Source: a virus
Taxonomy: Duplodnaviria; Caudoviricetes
DNA length: 64,000 bases
Virus record (IMG/VR): IMGVR_UViG_3300031992_000019
Strand: one strand, 5' to 3'
Of the stretch, positions 20,357-30,045 are shown one piece after another. The notes below the pieces were generated by a model. The model made no database searches and had not been told where the DNA came from. It worked only from the letters and a program-made list of their open reading frames with translations. The stretch's first letter is position 1. Each line of letters opens with the position of its first letter. A program made the position numbers and the translations under genes.

Positions 20357-21305
20357 AATCTATTGTCCTTTTGGTAAGTTGTATCGCGTTTACGAATGCA
20401 CCCCAAAACGTCTTCTTGGACAGGTTGGGGTCGGCATCCATGTTCTTCACCGCTTGAATGAAGAAGTCCTTGTAGTTCTGGCTTATCTCCGCTACCTCCG
20501 CTTCGGTCGGAAGGGGTACACACTTGACTATGTTCTCGGAGTGGTCGGCAATGTAGTGTATCACCGCGCCATACGACCCCTTGCCCATCGGCTGGTTGTC
20601 CTCGAGAATCTTCTTGTTGGCTTCCTCATAGTCCTTCCGTCCATTCTTCCACGTTGTCTCCCACGTCACGCAGCATTGCTTCCAATTCGTTATCTTGGTC
20701 TTGCCGCGATACCAGTTGGAACTCTCATAGAAGGCATAGAACTCATCGGCATTGAAATGATAGCCTTTCTCTTGAACATAGTCCCGAACCTCTTGCACGT
20801 CATTGGGTTTGTCGCGCCTCGGCTTCTTGATTAAGCAGTCCGTTAAGCAGTCCGTATTTGAATCCGTCAAGCAGTCCGTTAAGCAGTCCGTTTGCGATTG
20901 TTTGGCTTGCTTGGAAGTGCCACGTTTACAATTAGTTGAGCCTTGTTTTAAGGAGTCCGCTTTTCGAGCCGTTAAGCAGTCCGTTTGGGAGTCCGTTTTA
21001 TAATCACTTATTGTAATTATTACAGTAAACCTATTAAACGTCCTCCTCGTTATCATTCCATCGGTTTCGAGCATTTGCAGAAAATGAAAGATGGTCTTTC
21101 TTTCCCTTTTCCATCTTTTCGCAAGGAAGGGCGCGGACGCAATCAACTCACCGCGTTTCAATGTGACGCGGTGTGAATCGTGTATCGTGTCCGTGTCCTC
21201 ATCAGCAGCCATAATAAGCAGGTCGAGCCACCATTTCAGTTTCTCGGGGTCTTCCCATAGCCAATGGCTGACGATACTACGACTTACGCATATCGTGTCA
21301 TTCAT
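20235..21305 (-). CDS. phage replication initiator (lambda O/DnaD-like)
   Basis: HWLWED...WLDLLIMA...LKRGEL wHTH, F.AFYESSNW....KITNWK, internal iterons. Confidence 0.8.
   Translation of the reverse strand: MNDTICVSRSIVSHWLWEDPEKLKWWLDLLIMAADEDTDTIHDSHRVTLKRGELIASAPFLAKRWKRERKTIFHFLQMLETDGMITRRTFNRFTVIITISDYKTDSQTDCLTARKADSLKQGSTNCKRGTSKQAKQSQTDCLTDCLTDSNTDCLTDCLIKKPRRDKPNDVQEVRDYVQEKGYHFNADEFYAFYESSNWYRGKTKITNWKQCCVTWETTWKNGRKDYEEANKKILEDNQPMGKGSYGAVIHYIADHSENIVKCVPLPTEAEVAEISQNYKDFFIQAVKNMDADPNLSKKTFWGAFVNAIQLTKRTIDYGTQQLAKEESARNKRDEQLRAFQAARDNTPDSGAFFGDY
20831..20999. repeat. iteron-like AAGCAGTCCGT repeats (putative origin)
   Basis: at least five near-perfect copies encoding TDCL repeats inside the initiator gene. 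Confidence 0.75.
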
Positions 21306-21317
21306 CGCAAGTGGTTT

Positions 21318-21623
21318 TTACTTCGGAAAGAACGTGTCGGAGTTGTTGGTGATTTTCTTCGCCAGAATCTCGGTGATGAACCTCTCTACTCCGCTCCTGT
21401 CAATGTAGGCACGCGAATCAATCTCGAACTCCACTACGACATCATCGCCAACGAGGGGTATCTGCGTGTTGTCATTCGGGTTAAAGACAGTGATGCAGAC
21501 CTTCTTCGGGTACTGCTCCTTTGTCTCACCGATGAACTCTCTCTTGACCCACTTCTTGCCTGTTGCCCTACTCACTCCGCTCAACTCTGGGAGCACTTGG
21601 ATGACTTTAAGATTTATTTCCAT
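21318..21623 (-). CDS. DUF3127-like OB-fold (SSB-like) protein
   Basis: GVSRATGKKWVKREFI.ET.EQYPKKVC. Confidence 0.85.
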   Translation of the reverse strand: MEINLKVIQVLPELSGVSRATGKKWVKREFIGETKEQYPKKVCITVFNPNDNTQIPLVGDDVVVEFEIDSRAYIDRSGVERFITEILAKKITNNSDTFFPK

Positions 21624-21867
21624 AAATTAGAAGAAAAATGCCCAAGCATAGGTGGATGAACTACACTTGGGCGGGTGAAAGGAACGCGGATGTGCGCCCT
21701 AATATAGTTGTTATTGCCGATACAAAGATACGGGATTCTCAAGCAAGTCACAACCAATATATCCTTGGAAACGGGACATCCACTTCTCGTTTCGTGGCGC
21801 AAAGATAGGTAATATAATTGGATTATGCAATACCCATACTATATTTTAACACAAATATTAACATTTT

Positions 21868-23508
21868 TTAGTTGAGAAAGACCCCCGTGAGCTGCTTCCA
21901 ATGGAATTGCTTCGTCCTCCAGTCCTGCACCCATCCGAAGGTTTCGGTAGTGCCCTCCGTGCTTTCCCCGATGTATATATTCCCAACCTCACCGAACCTC
22001 TGGGTGTTGCCCACGCAGTCAATTATCCACGCATCCTTGCCAGCAAAGGGTCTTAATGCCCTACCTACAATCTGGTAGTGCATAGCCAAGGAGAGTGTCG
22101 GTCGCCCGATAACTATCGTGTCCAACTCTGGGAAATCAAATCCGCAAACCAAAACACCGCAATTTGCCAGCACCTTTATTTTCCCCTCTTGGAAGTCTTG
22201 GAGAATCCTCTCCCTATTCTTCTTTGTGGTCATACCGCTAATGAATGCAGCCGAATGGACGGCATTGGCTATCTTCTCCGCGTCCTCTACGAACTGGGTG
22301 AAGACCAATATCCCCTTTCTCGGCACACCCGTCTTGGGTTGAAGGAGTCTGCGGCAGACCGAAATGAGGTGGGTGGTCATATCCGAAACCTCCATCATAA
22401 ACTTAACCGACTTCTCAGAATAGTCCGACCCCGTGGTGTTCTTGTAAATCTTCTCCTCGTTCCATCTCGGCGGCTTGACGGAGTAGTATTTGAGGTTAGC
22501 CAGATACCCTTGATTAAGCAAGTCCTTTACTTGGACGGTATAGAGAATCCTCTTGAAGAAGGGGGTATCTTCGTTGACGAGCATCGTCAGTTTCGCGTTC
22601 TTCGTCCTCATCGCCTTGGCTTCGTAGTCGAAATACCGCTCGGAGGTCAGCCTGAACGGGGTGGCGGTGAGTCCCAGCACCTTGCAGTCAAGCATAGACA
22701 GGAAATTGAGGTACATACTATCCGCGTTGTCCGAACCGATTCCGTGGCACTCGTCCACAATGACGTACTTGAACTTCTTGAACTCCTCGACGTGTTTCCT
22801 CACCGAGCCAATCATCGCAAAGGTTATCTTCGACACCCTCTTCTCGCCCACACTCGCAGAATACGCAGAACAATCGTCCGTGTACTTCTTCATCTTGGAG
22901 AGGTTTTGCTCCAAAATTTCTTTCGATGGCTGGAATACCAATACGTTTGCTTTCAACTCATCGGCAATAGACGTGATGATTAAACTCTTTCCGCTATTAT
23001 GGTGGACAAATCCCTGACCATCGCAATATAGGTGGTTGCCATCAAGCGTAAAGCCGAAATACTCGCCCTCGCCTATCTCCTCTATCGTAAAGTCGGTAAA
23101 TTCAGTCTTGTCCCGCTTGTATAGCTTGCAAGAAAAATCATTGTTTTGGAATGTATATCCATAAACGGATATTTCCACAACGATTTTGTCCGTAGGGTCG
23201 CAAAGGGAGAGGATATGCCCGCTATTCACGATAAAGCTCTCTCCTTTCTTCGGGGTGATACGGAACATCATATCTATCCCATTGTGAAGGCAGAGAACTA
23301 TTCTTGGTGTGGAATCATCGCCCATTACAATATCACCCACGCGGATATCCTCCACGTTCTTCATCGTGCCGTCATACATCAGTATAGGCGTACCCTTGGC
23401 GTGACACCCCGTAGGCAGCACCATAATCCCGTTCTCCCTTTCGGGGGAGCGGAAGAAATCAACGCCTATCCTAACGGCTTCTTTCTGGTATGGTCTTAAA
23501 TTAAACAT
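21868..23508 (-). CDS. SF2 DEAD/DEAH helicase with mini-intein
   Basis: LRPYQ, PTG|SGKS split by intein, VDECH, GLTATP, GFDFP, QIVGRALR. Confidence 0.93.
   Translation of the reverse strand: MFNLRPYQKEAVRIGVDFFRSPERENGIMVLPTGCHAKGTPILMYDGTMKNVEDIRVGDIVMGDDSTPRIVLCLHNGIDMMFRITPKKGESFIVNSGHILSLCDPTDKIVVEISVYGYTFQNNDFSCKLYKRDKTEFTDFTIEEIGEGEYFGFTLDGNHLYCDGQGFVHHNSGKSLIITSIADELKANVLVFQPSKEILEQNLSKMKKYTDDCSAYSASVGEKRVSKITFAMIGSVRKHVEEFKKFKYVIVDECHGIGSDNADSMYLNFLSMLDCKVLGLTATPFRLTSERYFDYEAKAMRTKNAKLTMLVNEDTPFFKRILYTVQVKDLLNQGYLANLKYYSVKPPRWNEEKIYKNTTGSDYSEKSVKFMMEVSDMTTHLISVCRRLLQPKTGVPRKGILVFTQFVEDAEKIANAVHSAAFISGMTTKKNRERILQDFQEGKIKVLANCGVLVCGFDFPELDTIVIGRPTLSLAMHYQIVGRALRPFAGKDAWIIDCVGNTQRFGEVGNIYIGESTEGTTETFGWVQDWRTKQFHWKQLTGVFLN
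22996..23406 (-). mobile_element. mini-intein (137 aa) in helicase Walker A
   Basis: starts CHAKGT, ends VHHN, followed by Ser; no endonuclease domain. Confidence 0.92.
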
Positions 23509-23771
23509 CCGAATATCTCTTTTATGTCAAAGTCAACGAACCCCTCAAGGAACTTGTCGAAATTGTGCATCGAATAAAAGCCGCCGTCCTCCGTGTATTC
23601 GAGCGGATGCAACGGTGAGATAATCGGGGAAAGTATCTCTATTAGGGAATCAATATCGGAGGTAAAGACACTTAATCCCTTATATCCCCAGAACCAAGCC
23701 ACGAGCTGCGGTTCTATCGTTAACAGTTGTATATCCTCTTTCTTCATATTTCGGGTTAGAAATCGTATAGG

Positions 23772-24089
23772 TTAATCATTTTCCATCTCATAAAGCCATC
23801 TCTCAAGAAACTCAACTCGCTCTTTAGATAAGCCTTCTTTATCACCCATTGATTTGAGTAATAGGTTGAAATCTTCGATGTCTTCCTTTTTGTCTGGACG
23901 GAAGTCATTTTTGACTCTATCAAATGGCTGCAAATAATGGTCAAGAACGTCGATAGCCTCTTCCCTTGCTTTTTCAGCGCAATACTCGATGTATTCCTCT
24001 CTCGTCATATCGCTGTGTGTGATAGAGTCCACAACGGTCGAAAATCGGCAAAATTTGCCATTTGGTTGTTTGCAAATATATGCTCCCAT
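23772..24089 (-). CDS. hypothetical phage protein
   Basis: KQPNGKFCRFSTVVD, 105 aa. Confidence 0.7.
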   Translation of the reverse strand: MGAYICKQPNGKFCRFSTVVDSITHSDMTREEYIEYCAEKAREEAIDVLDHYLQPFDRVKNDFRPDKKEDIEDFNLLLKSMGDKEGLSKERVEFLERWLYEMEND

Positions 24090-24354
24090 AGTTGTGTTTT
24101 GTTTTTAAGTTGCACCCTACCTGTTTAGGGTGCATTGTTATTTACTGCGGTTTATTCTTCTCGATTTTCGCCTCTGCTTGTTCTTGGCAAGTTTAGGCGA
24201 TTTCTCTTTCTTTGGCGCACCTTTGAGTTTTCGGTCAATATAACCTTTGCCAGCCTCAAGAGCTGCTGCCAATGTTATTGCGTTTAATTTATCCATGCTC
24301 ATAATATCTTCTATTTAGGGTGCGGTTTGTATTACTAATTGGGTTATAAAGCGG

Positions 24355-24777
24355 TTATATATCGAAATTTTCAAGACAATACCTTATTACTGTCTCCAAC
24401 GCCTCTTCTGGACTTTTGTATCTTCCTGTAATCACGTCTTGCTGTGTTTTGAGATTGTCGCCATAACAGAAGGCTTCGGCGAAGTAAACCATTGGATGCA
24501 AAAAACCCGTATCATCTGGTCTTATAAATAGTCTTATAAATATCTGGTGTTCTAACCTTAGCCACTTGACGGCCATTTGTATAGTTGGTATTGCCACCGC
24601 TCCTTCCATGCCCAACTTCTTCATATACTCCACATCATTCCAGTCCATCATAAATATATCTGACACTGTTCTGATTTCGTCATATTGGGCATTGTAGTAC
24701 CTATTGGTGACACACCTGAATCCTTTGTCCTTTAATAGCCTTGCCGTTTCAAGACTTACATAATCTTCGGTAATCAT
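24355..24777 (-). CDS. hypothetical protein (EDYVSLETA.LLK.KGF family)
   Basis: paralogue of 12160..12588. Confidence 0.75.
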   Translation of the reverse strand: MITEDYVSLETARLLKDKGFRCVTNRYYNAQYDEIRTVSDIFMMDWNDVEYMKKLGMEGAVAIPTIQMAVKWLRLEHQIFIRLFIRPDDTGFLHPMVYFAEAFCYGDNLKTQQDVITGRYKSPEEALETVIRYCLENFDI

Positions 24778-24790
24778 ATCTTAATTGGGG

Positions 24791-25144
24791 TTATAAATCG
24801 ACAAGGTCTTCGAGGTATGCCCATCGTTCGACATTATCCATTTTAACGTATTGCTCAATGCTGATTAGAAAGGATTTTGTTCCTTCGTCATAGAAGCCGA
24901 CATCGTGGTAGTCGTTCCCATACTCGACCAGAGCCTCTTTGCCCTTGATTGGTGGTTCTTCGCCTACCTTGTGCCAAATAGACTTTGGTTCATATAAGTA
25001 ATAGTTTCTATCTATGCCTTCAATTGGAAGGAAAAATTTATTCATATCGTGGTCGGTGAACTCATATTCTCTTTCAGTTACACCAGTTATCCACAGTGTC
25101 ACATTGCCGTTTGTAATAAGGTCGTTTACTTTGAATCTTGCCAT
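24791..25144 (-). CDS. hypothetical protein, MARFKVNDLIT family
   Basis: first 11 aa identical to 893..1183. Confidence 0.75.
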   Translation of the reverse strand: MARFKVNDLITNGNVTLWITGVTEREYEFTDHDMNKFFLPIEGIDRNYYLYEPKSIWHKVGEEPPIKGKEALVEYGNDYHDVGFYDEGTKSFLISIEQYVKMDNVERWAYLEDLVDL

Positions 25145-25151
25145 AGTTGTA

Positions 25152-25565
25152 TCAAAATGTTATATTGTGTTTGTTTGCCACCCATCTCACGCCAGCCTCA
25201 AACGCTTCTGCAATGTCTGACCAGTCATAAAGTGTCTGCTTTCGCATAGTATGTTTGGAGTATGGGGATTCTGGCAGTTTGCTATCGGCATAGTCGGTTG
25301 ATGCCTTCTCAATGTTCTGCAATGCCTCTTGAGCGATTCTTTCGAGTTCTTCTAAGGCTTCCTTCAAACTTGGTGCTTTTTGTAACGACACCTCAACTGG
25401 CGAATTTTCGTATGTTACTTCGGGGAACATATCTGCATCCAAAGGCATAGAGTTGTATTCAAGAGTGCCATCATTCGCCCAAAAGAAGTTATTTACCCTA
25501 TGCGGTTTGTGGTTGTATAGGTGAAGCGAGTTATTTCGCCACCTTGCTATCCATAGTTTTGCCAT
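25152..25565 (-). CDS. hypothetical protein
   Basis: KLWIAR...FPEVTYENSPVEV. Confidence 0.7.
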   Translation of the reverse strand: MAKLWIARWRNNSLHLYNHKPHRVNNFFWANDGTLEYNSMPLDADMFPEVTYENSPVEVSLQKAPSLKEALEELERIAQEALQNIEKASTDYADSKLPESPYSKHTMRKQTLYDWSDIAEAFEAGVRWVANKHNITF

Positions 25566-26101
25566 AGTTTTCTTGTGTTATGCACCCTTACATATTTAGG
25601 GTGCGTTATTCGATGTAAACAAGTTTCTCAATCTCTTTTTGACAATACTCGCCTATTGATTGCAATAACCCTGCATCGTTAATGAGGTCTTCGGCAAGAC
25701 GCTTCACCACGGCAAGTTTTGCTGCACGTCCACAATAATTGTCGCTATCGTCAAACTCTATCTTTGTATTTTTGACAAATAGTGTTTCGTCTATCTTGAT
25801 TATAAGTGTCATAGTTGTAATTGTTTTTAATAGTTGTAATTGTTTTTAGTTGCACCCTTGCTTATTTAGTTGTTAGATTCTTTGCATATTCGATTCACTT
25901 CCTCTCGCAATAACTTCGCGTGATAATTCACGCCTGCTGCAAAAGCGGCTGCAAGGTCATATCCATTATACCAGCAGATGCTCAACATTGCCTGTTGCGT
26001 ATGCTTGACATCTGACCTTGCTTGGAATTGTGCGATTGCATAGTCGTATGCAGCATCTTTGTAATCTACATCCATAATTATCATTGTTGCTTTAGGGTTA
26101 A

Positions 26102-26458
26102 TTAGTTTCTATTTTTTATGTCTATATTACACAAGTTAAGGAGACACTGTAATTCGTGGACATACAAAATATAATAAACTGTATCGTTGGATGTCTCATT
26201 TGGTTTTACCCGCCAATAGTCCCCACATTGGACAAGGCATATATCCTCACCACTTAAACATATTGCATAAGCCTTCCATTCAAAACCAAACTTTTCAAGT
26301 ATATTGGAAGTAAGCGGAATAGGTTCTGTCCTTTCATAGTCATGCCTAACGCCTTTGGTGTCTATCCAATGGTTGGAAAGGATTTCCTTTACCTCGCATA
26401 TACCGCTTGGTGATTCGGCACAAACCAATGCGCCTACAAATAATTCTTTTGGGTTCAT
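26102..26458 (-). CDS. hypothetical protein, paralogue of 41783..42160
   Basis: PIPLT..IL..GF...YVHELQ. Confidence 0.7.
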   Translation of the reverse strand: MNPKELFVGALVCAESPSGICEVKEILSNHWIDTKGVRHDYERTEPIPLTSNILEKFGFEWKAYAICLSGEDICLVQCGDYWRVKPNETSNDTVYYILYVHELQCLLNLCNIDIKNRN

Positions 26459-26736
26459 ATTCTTATGGGTTATAAATGTTTTCAAAAAAATTCATTAGGA
26501 ATAATAGTAAAATATCACCGATTACTCTCATAACTCATCTATCTCTTTGAGTTTGTCTATCTTGTAGGTCTTGATTCTCTCTGCGGCATACGTCACCAGT
26601 TCATTATAGAGGTCTTTCGGACATCGTGCGGTGAAGGCGGTGGTGAAGTAGTTCTGCGGATTGACAAGGAGAAGGTCATTCGTCTTGTCGATTTGGGCGA
26701 ATAACTTTTGCGCCCTTGTAAAGGTATTTCTATCCA

Positions 26737-27015
26737 TTATTTTACCATCTCCTTGTTACATAGTACCACATCGCCTACGATTAAGCCGAAATAAGGCTGG
26801 AAACGCATACAATAGGCTTCGGTGGCTATCTGGTTAACGGGTAGTCCCTTCAACTTGCCCTCTTCATTCACAACCAAAATTTGACCATTGTGGAGGTCGA
26901 GAATCTCGATATATCCCCCGACAACATTCTGGAGTTCTTCGAGGGAGAAGTCCGTGTCGTTCTTCGGCTTGAACGGGGTAACGCGCCCGTCCGCGTAGAT
27001 GATTTGTGCCTTCAT
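26737..27015 (-). CDS. DUF3846-like protein
   Basis: FSLEELQNVVGGYIE...NEEGKL..LPVN..AT. Confidence 0.85.
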   Translation of the reverse strand: MKAQIIYADGRVTPFKPKNDTDFSLEELQNVVGGYIEILDLHNGQILVVNEEGKLKGLPVNQIATEAYCMRFQPYFGLIVGDVVLCNKEMVK

Positions 27016-27219
27016 TGTCCTATTCGTGTCTGGTAACTGAATTTCTCGTCATACTTGCGGTTCGGATGGGATTTGGCTATATTGTCCATATAGGCTCGCG
27101 ATATCTCAAATGCCTTCTTGAGCCACTTTGTAGGAGGTTTCGTGTTATCGAAGGTGTGATACGTGTCGCGGCATCTCTCTTGCTGCCGCCAGATGTCCTT
27201 GATGGATTTTGCTCTCATA

Positions 27220-27516
27220 TCAGTACAAGTCGTTTGCGGAGAATCCGTTGATGTGAATCTCTTTCTTGTTATAGTCTATCTCTACGTCGATGGCTGCTGC
27301 CCAGTCGAACCGTCTTTGCATTCTCTCGTCAAAGGAGAGGACGCGCTTTCTTCGCTCTTGCCAGACATATTCTTCGCGGGGTTGCCTATCGTCCTCTACC
27401 TCGCCCGCGCCCTTCCAGCCGTACCCTGCTCGCCAGAATACCTTGTAGTCGGAGGGTGTCCGCGACAACAACTCTTTGCATTGCTTGCCGCTAATGAGGT
27501 TGAATTTCTGCGTCAT
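27220..27516 (-). CDS. hypothetical protein
   Basis: 98 aa in operon. Confidence 0.65.
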   Translation of the reverse strand: MTQKFNLISGKQCKELLSRTPSDYKVFWRAGYGWKGAGEVEDDRQPREEYVWQERRKRVLSFDERMQRRFDWAAAIDVEIDYNKKEIHINGFSANDLY

Positions 27517-28253
27517 AGTGTTATTGAGTCTTTGTACGGGTCTTCACCCGTGAAGTTATAACTGCCGTGCGTACACTCTTTCGTTAGTCCGTTGACTCGG
27601 AAGGTGAACCGATGGTCGGAGAAGTCCAGCACACCCCTGTCCAGCCACCGCTTGAAGAGGTTGCGCCATATCTTCTTTATCTTGCTCTCGTCATCGGAGG
27701 TGACAAAAGCCTTATCGTCACTACCCAAGGTGACTATCTTGATGTAGTACCGCGTCTTCATATATATAACGTGTGAAAAGGTAAATTATTTACGGGACTC
27801 GGGTTAATACCCAAGTCCCTTGAGGGTGTGACGGATAATCGGTTTGAGAGCATCCAGTGCCTCTTTCTCACGCCCTTTGACGGCGGGGATAGACATATAA
27901 GCCAGCAGCTTGTGGGACATGTCATAAAGGTTGCAATTGCAATGGTATGGTATATCTTCAAACTCGCCGAAAGTGATGTCAACATCCATCTTCTTGCCGT
28001 TGACACATGGATGATACCAAGTTGTTAATTTAGGATAATGGGGAATGAAAGTGATTCTCATATCTTTTAGTTTTATGAGGGGTTGGTTAGACCCCTCTCG
28101 TTATACAGACTCTACCGAAAGTGCTTCGGGGTATTTCTTGAACACGTCGGCGAAACACTTCGCCTTTACAACCTTCGTGCCGTTGGGCAGCACAACCTTG
28201 AACTTTCTCATATTCTTTATTGTTGTGAGGGGTTGGTTAGACCCCTCGTTGCC

Positions 28254-28571
28254 TTACTTAATCTCGTACACCACGAAGCCGTTGCCGTTGAGTACCTTCA
28301 CCTTGCCATCTAAGCAGTCGGCTCGGTAGCAGGCATCTTCAAAAGACAGATGCTCGGTTGTCTCATAGGACTCGGCTACAATCGTCCACGGGCCGATATT
28401 CGGGTCTGAAAGCTCGTCCACGGCTTTCTTGACCATATCCAGAACCTCTTTCTTGTCACCCTCTATCTTCGCGTGTGCCACAAAGAAATCGAGGTCGAAA
28501 TCGCCCATAAAGTCCTCTACTGTGCCAAGGGTCGAATACCCGAGGATGATGCTCTTAATCTTTTCGTACAT
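28254..28571 (-). CDS. hypothetical protein
   Basis: 105 aa, flanked by repeated hairpins. Confidence 0.65.
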   Translation of the reverse strand: MYEKIKSIILGYSTLGTVEDFMGDFDLDFFVAHAKIEGDKKEVLDMVKKAVDELSDPNIGPWTIVAESYETTEHLSFEDACYRADCLDGKVKVLNGNGFVVYEIK

Positions 28572-28617
28572 AGCCTTATATTATTGTGGGCAGATGGTTG
28601 GTCTGCCCGTGACCTTT

Positions 28618-28926
28618 TTATGCCCAGTCCTTGAGTTCTGGCTCGCTATTCTCGGTTTCGATGTCCCAGCCGCTGATGGTGTCCAGCAAGTTCATTAGAT
28701 AAGACCTGCGAACCGCATTGATGCTATCGCTCTCTTGCTCTTTCTTGATGTATGCCTTCAGCTCTTCGAGACAATCCTTGATGCTGATGGACGAATGCTC
28801 GTAGGCATCGTCTTCGGCTTTAACATCGTCAGCATAGTCGATGTGCCATTCGTTAGTCATAAACTTATCTCTCTTGGTCATCGTTACCGTTACATCGGTC
28901 TCGAACTCTGCATAATGTCTTGCCAT
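28618..28926 (-). CDS. hypothetical protein
   Basis: first gene after promoter 28988 and conserved leader. Confidence 0.65.
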   Translation of the reverse strand: MARHYAEFETDVTVTMTKRDKFMTNEWHIDYADDVKAEDDAYEHSSISIKDCLEELKAYIKKEQESDSINAVRRSYLMNLLDTISGWDIETENSEPELKDWA

Positions 28927-29091
28927 ATTCTTTAGTTTTGGCGGGGTCGTTGCCCGTGCGGTCGCAAGAACTTTTCTTTTGACACTGCAAAGATACGATA
29001 TTTATTTTATATATCCAACATTTTAACGATAAAATTAAATAGTTTTAATAAAATATCCTAAATTTTAAGAGTTGTTAACACTATTTTAACG

Positions 29092-29124
29092 AAAAAACAC
29101 CCGTAAGATTGCTCTCGCGGGTGT
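29092..29124 (-). terminator. intrinsic terminator after the portal/ASCH run
   Basis: acacccg...cgggtgt hairpin followed by T-run on minus. Confidence 0.65.
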
Positions 29125-29146
29125 CCATTTGATTAGTTAAATACTT

Positions 29147-29383
29147 TTAGTTGGTCTGCTCAAGAAATGCCTTGAACTTCTCGACAAGTTTGTCCTTGTC
29201 AAGTCCCTTGTGGCTCATCTCCTCAACGAACTGGTCAAGTGCCTCGTTCTCCTCATTGGTGATGTAGAACTCGCGCCCGTTGGCCATGCTGATGAGATAC
29301 TGCTCGCCCACCTTGCTCCGCGATGCGATGAGCCGTGGGTTGATGTCCGCTTGGATGCGGTCGATGTGAAAGAAATTCTTCAT
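29147..29383 (-). CDS. hypothetical protein
   Basis: likely start MKNFFH, ATGA-coupled to the ASCH gene. Confidence 0.6.
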   Translation of the reverse strand: MKNFFHIDRIQADINPRLIASRSKVGEQYLISMANGREFYITNEENEALDQFVEEMSHKGLDKDKLVEKFKAFLEQTN

Positions 29384-29721
29384 TCTGGTACGTTTGAAAC
29401 TGCCTTCCCCGACAATACCTTGCCGAGGTCGATACATAATAACTTGTTCTTCTTGTCAATCCGAAAACCCTTTATCTCCACCAGACACGTCCTACCCGTG
29501 TTGTGGAATCGCAGGTGGGTATATCCAGAGGGTCGGAAGGTAAGACTCCCGTTGAGGAGTCCGTCCCTCACCTCCTCAAGGCTCTTGCCCGTGTAGGAGT
29601 CCACGTTGCAGAACGTGCTGATGTAATAGAGGTTCTTCAAGTCGCGATACTCCGTCTTCTTCTTGCCCGAGGCAATCTGGTTGTATGGGCTTGAATGCAA
29701 TGCTAAATCTTTGGTTTTCAA
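29380..29721 (-). CDS. ASCH-domain protein
   Basis: YNQIASGKKKTEYRD (GxKxxExR). Confidence 0.8.
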   Translation of the reverse strand: MKTKDLALHSSPYNQIASGKKKTEYRDLKNLYYISTFCNVDSYTGKSLEEVRDGLLNGSLTFRPSGYTHLRFHNTGRTCLVEIKGFRIDKKNKLLCIDLGKVLSGKAVSNVPE

Positions 29722-29727
29722 TGTATT

Positions 29728-30045
29728 TTAATATTGTGGTTCAACTTTGCCTATGCCGATGCAGAAGCAATGATGTCCTTTGAAGACTTTGATATATCTC
29801 ACTTCGGCCTTCAATCTCACCCCCGTCTTTGATTCGTGGAACATGATGTGGGTGATGTCCTTGGTCTTGAGTTCGAGCGTGCCGTCGTGGAGTCCGTCCA
29901 TTATCTCCCTTATCGGTTTATTATAAGACGCGACATCGACCAATTTATTTACGTAGTATTCCGTCAAGTCGCGGTATTCGATGGTCTTCACCCCTCTCCG
30001 CATGGGTTCGAGGTAAACCGCCTTTAATGCCATGTCCGTTGTCAT
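29728..30045 (-). CDS. ASCH-domain protein
   Basis: MRRGVKTIEYRD (GxKxxExR); paralogue of neighbour. Confidence 0.75.
   Translation of the reverse strand: MTTDMALKAVYLEPMRRGVKTIEYRDLTEYYVNKLVDVASYNKPIREIMDGLHDGTLELKTKDITHIMFHESKTGVRLKAEVRYIKVFKGHHCFCIGIGKVEPQY

Noticed and set aside
22078-22983. 301-aa plus-strand ORF (and similar long antisense ORFs, e.g. 55686..56411, 62702..63268)
   Set aside because: Shadows of well-supported genes on the opposite strand; no recognisable motifs.
25811-25848. 19-bp tandem duplication in a leader; also a 12-bp duplication at ~18049-18072
   Set aside because: Simple slippage duplications with no further structure.
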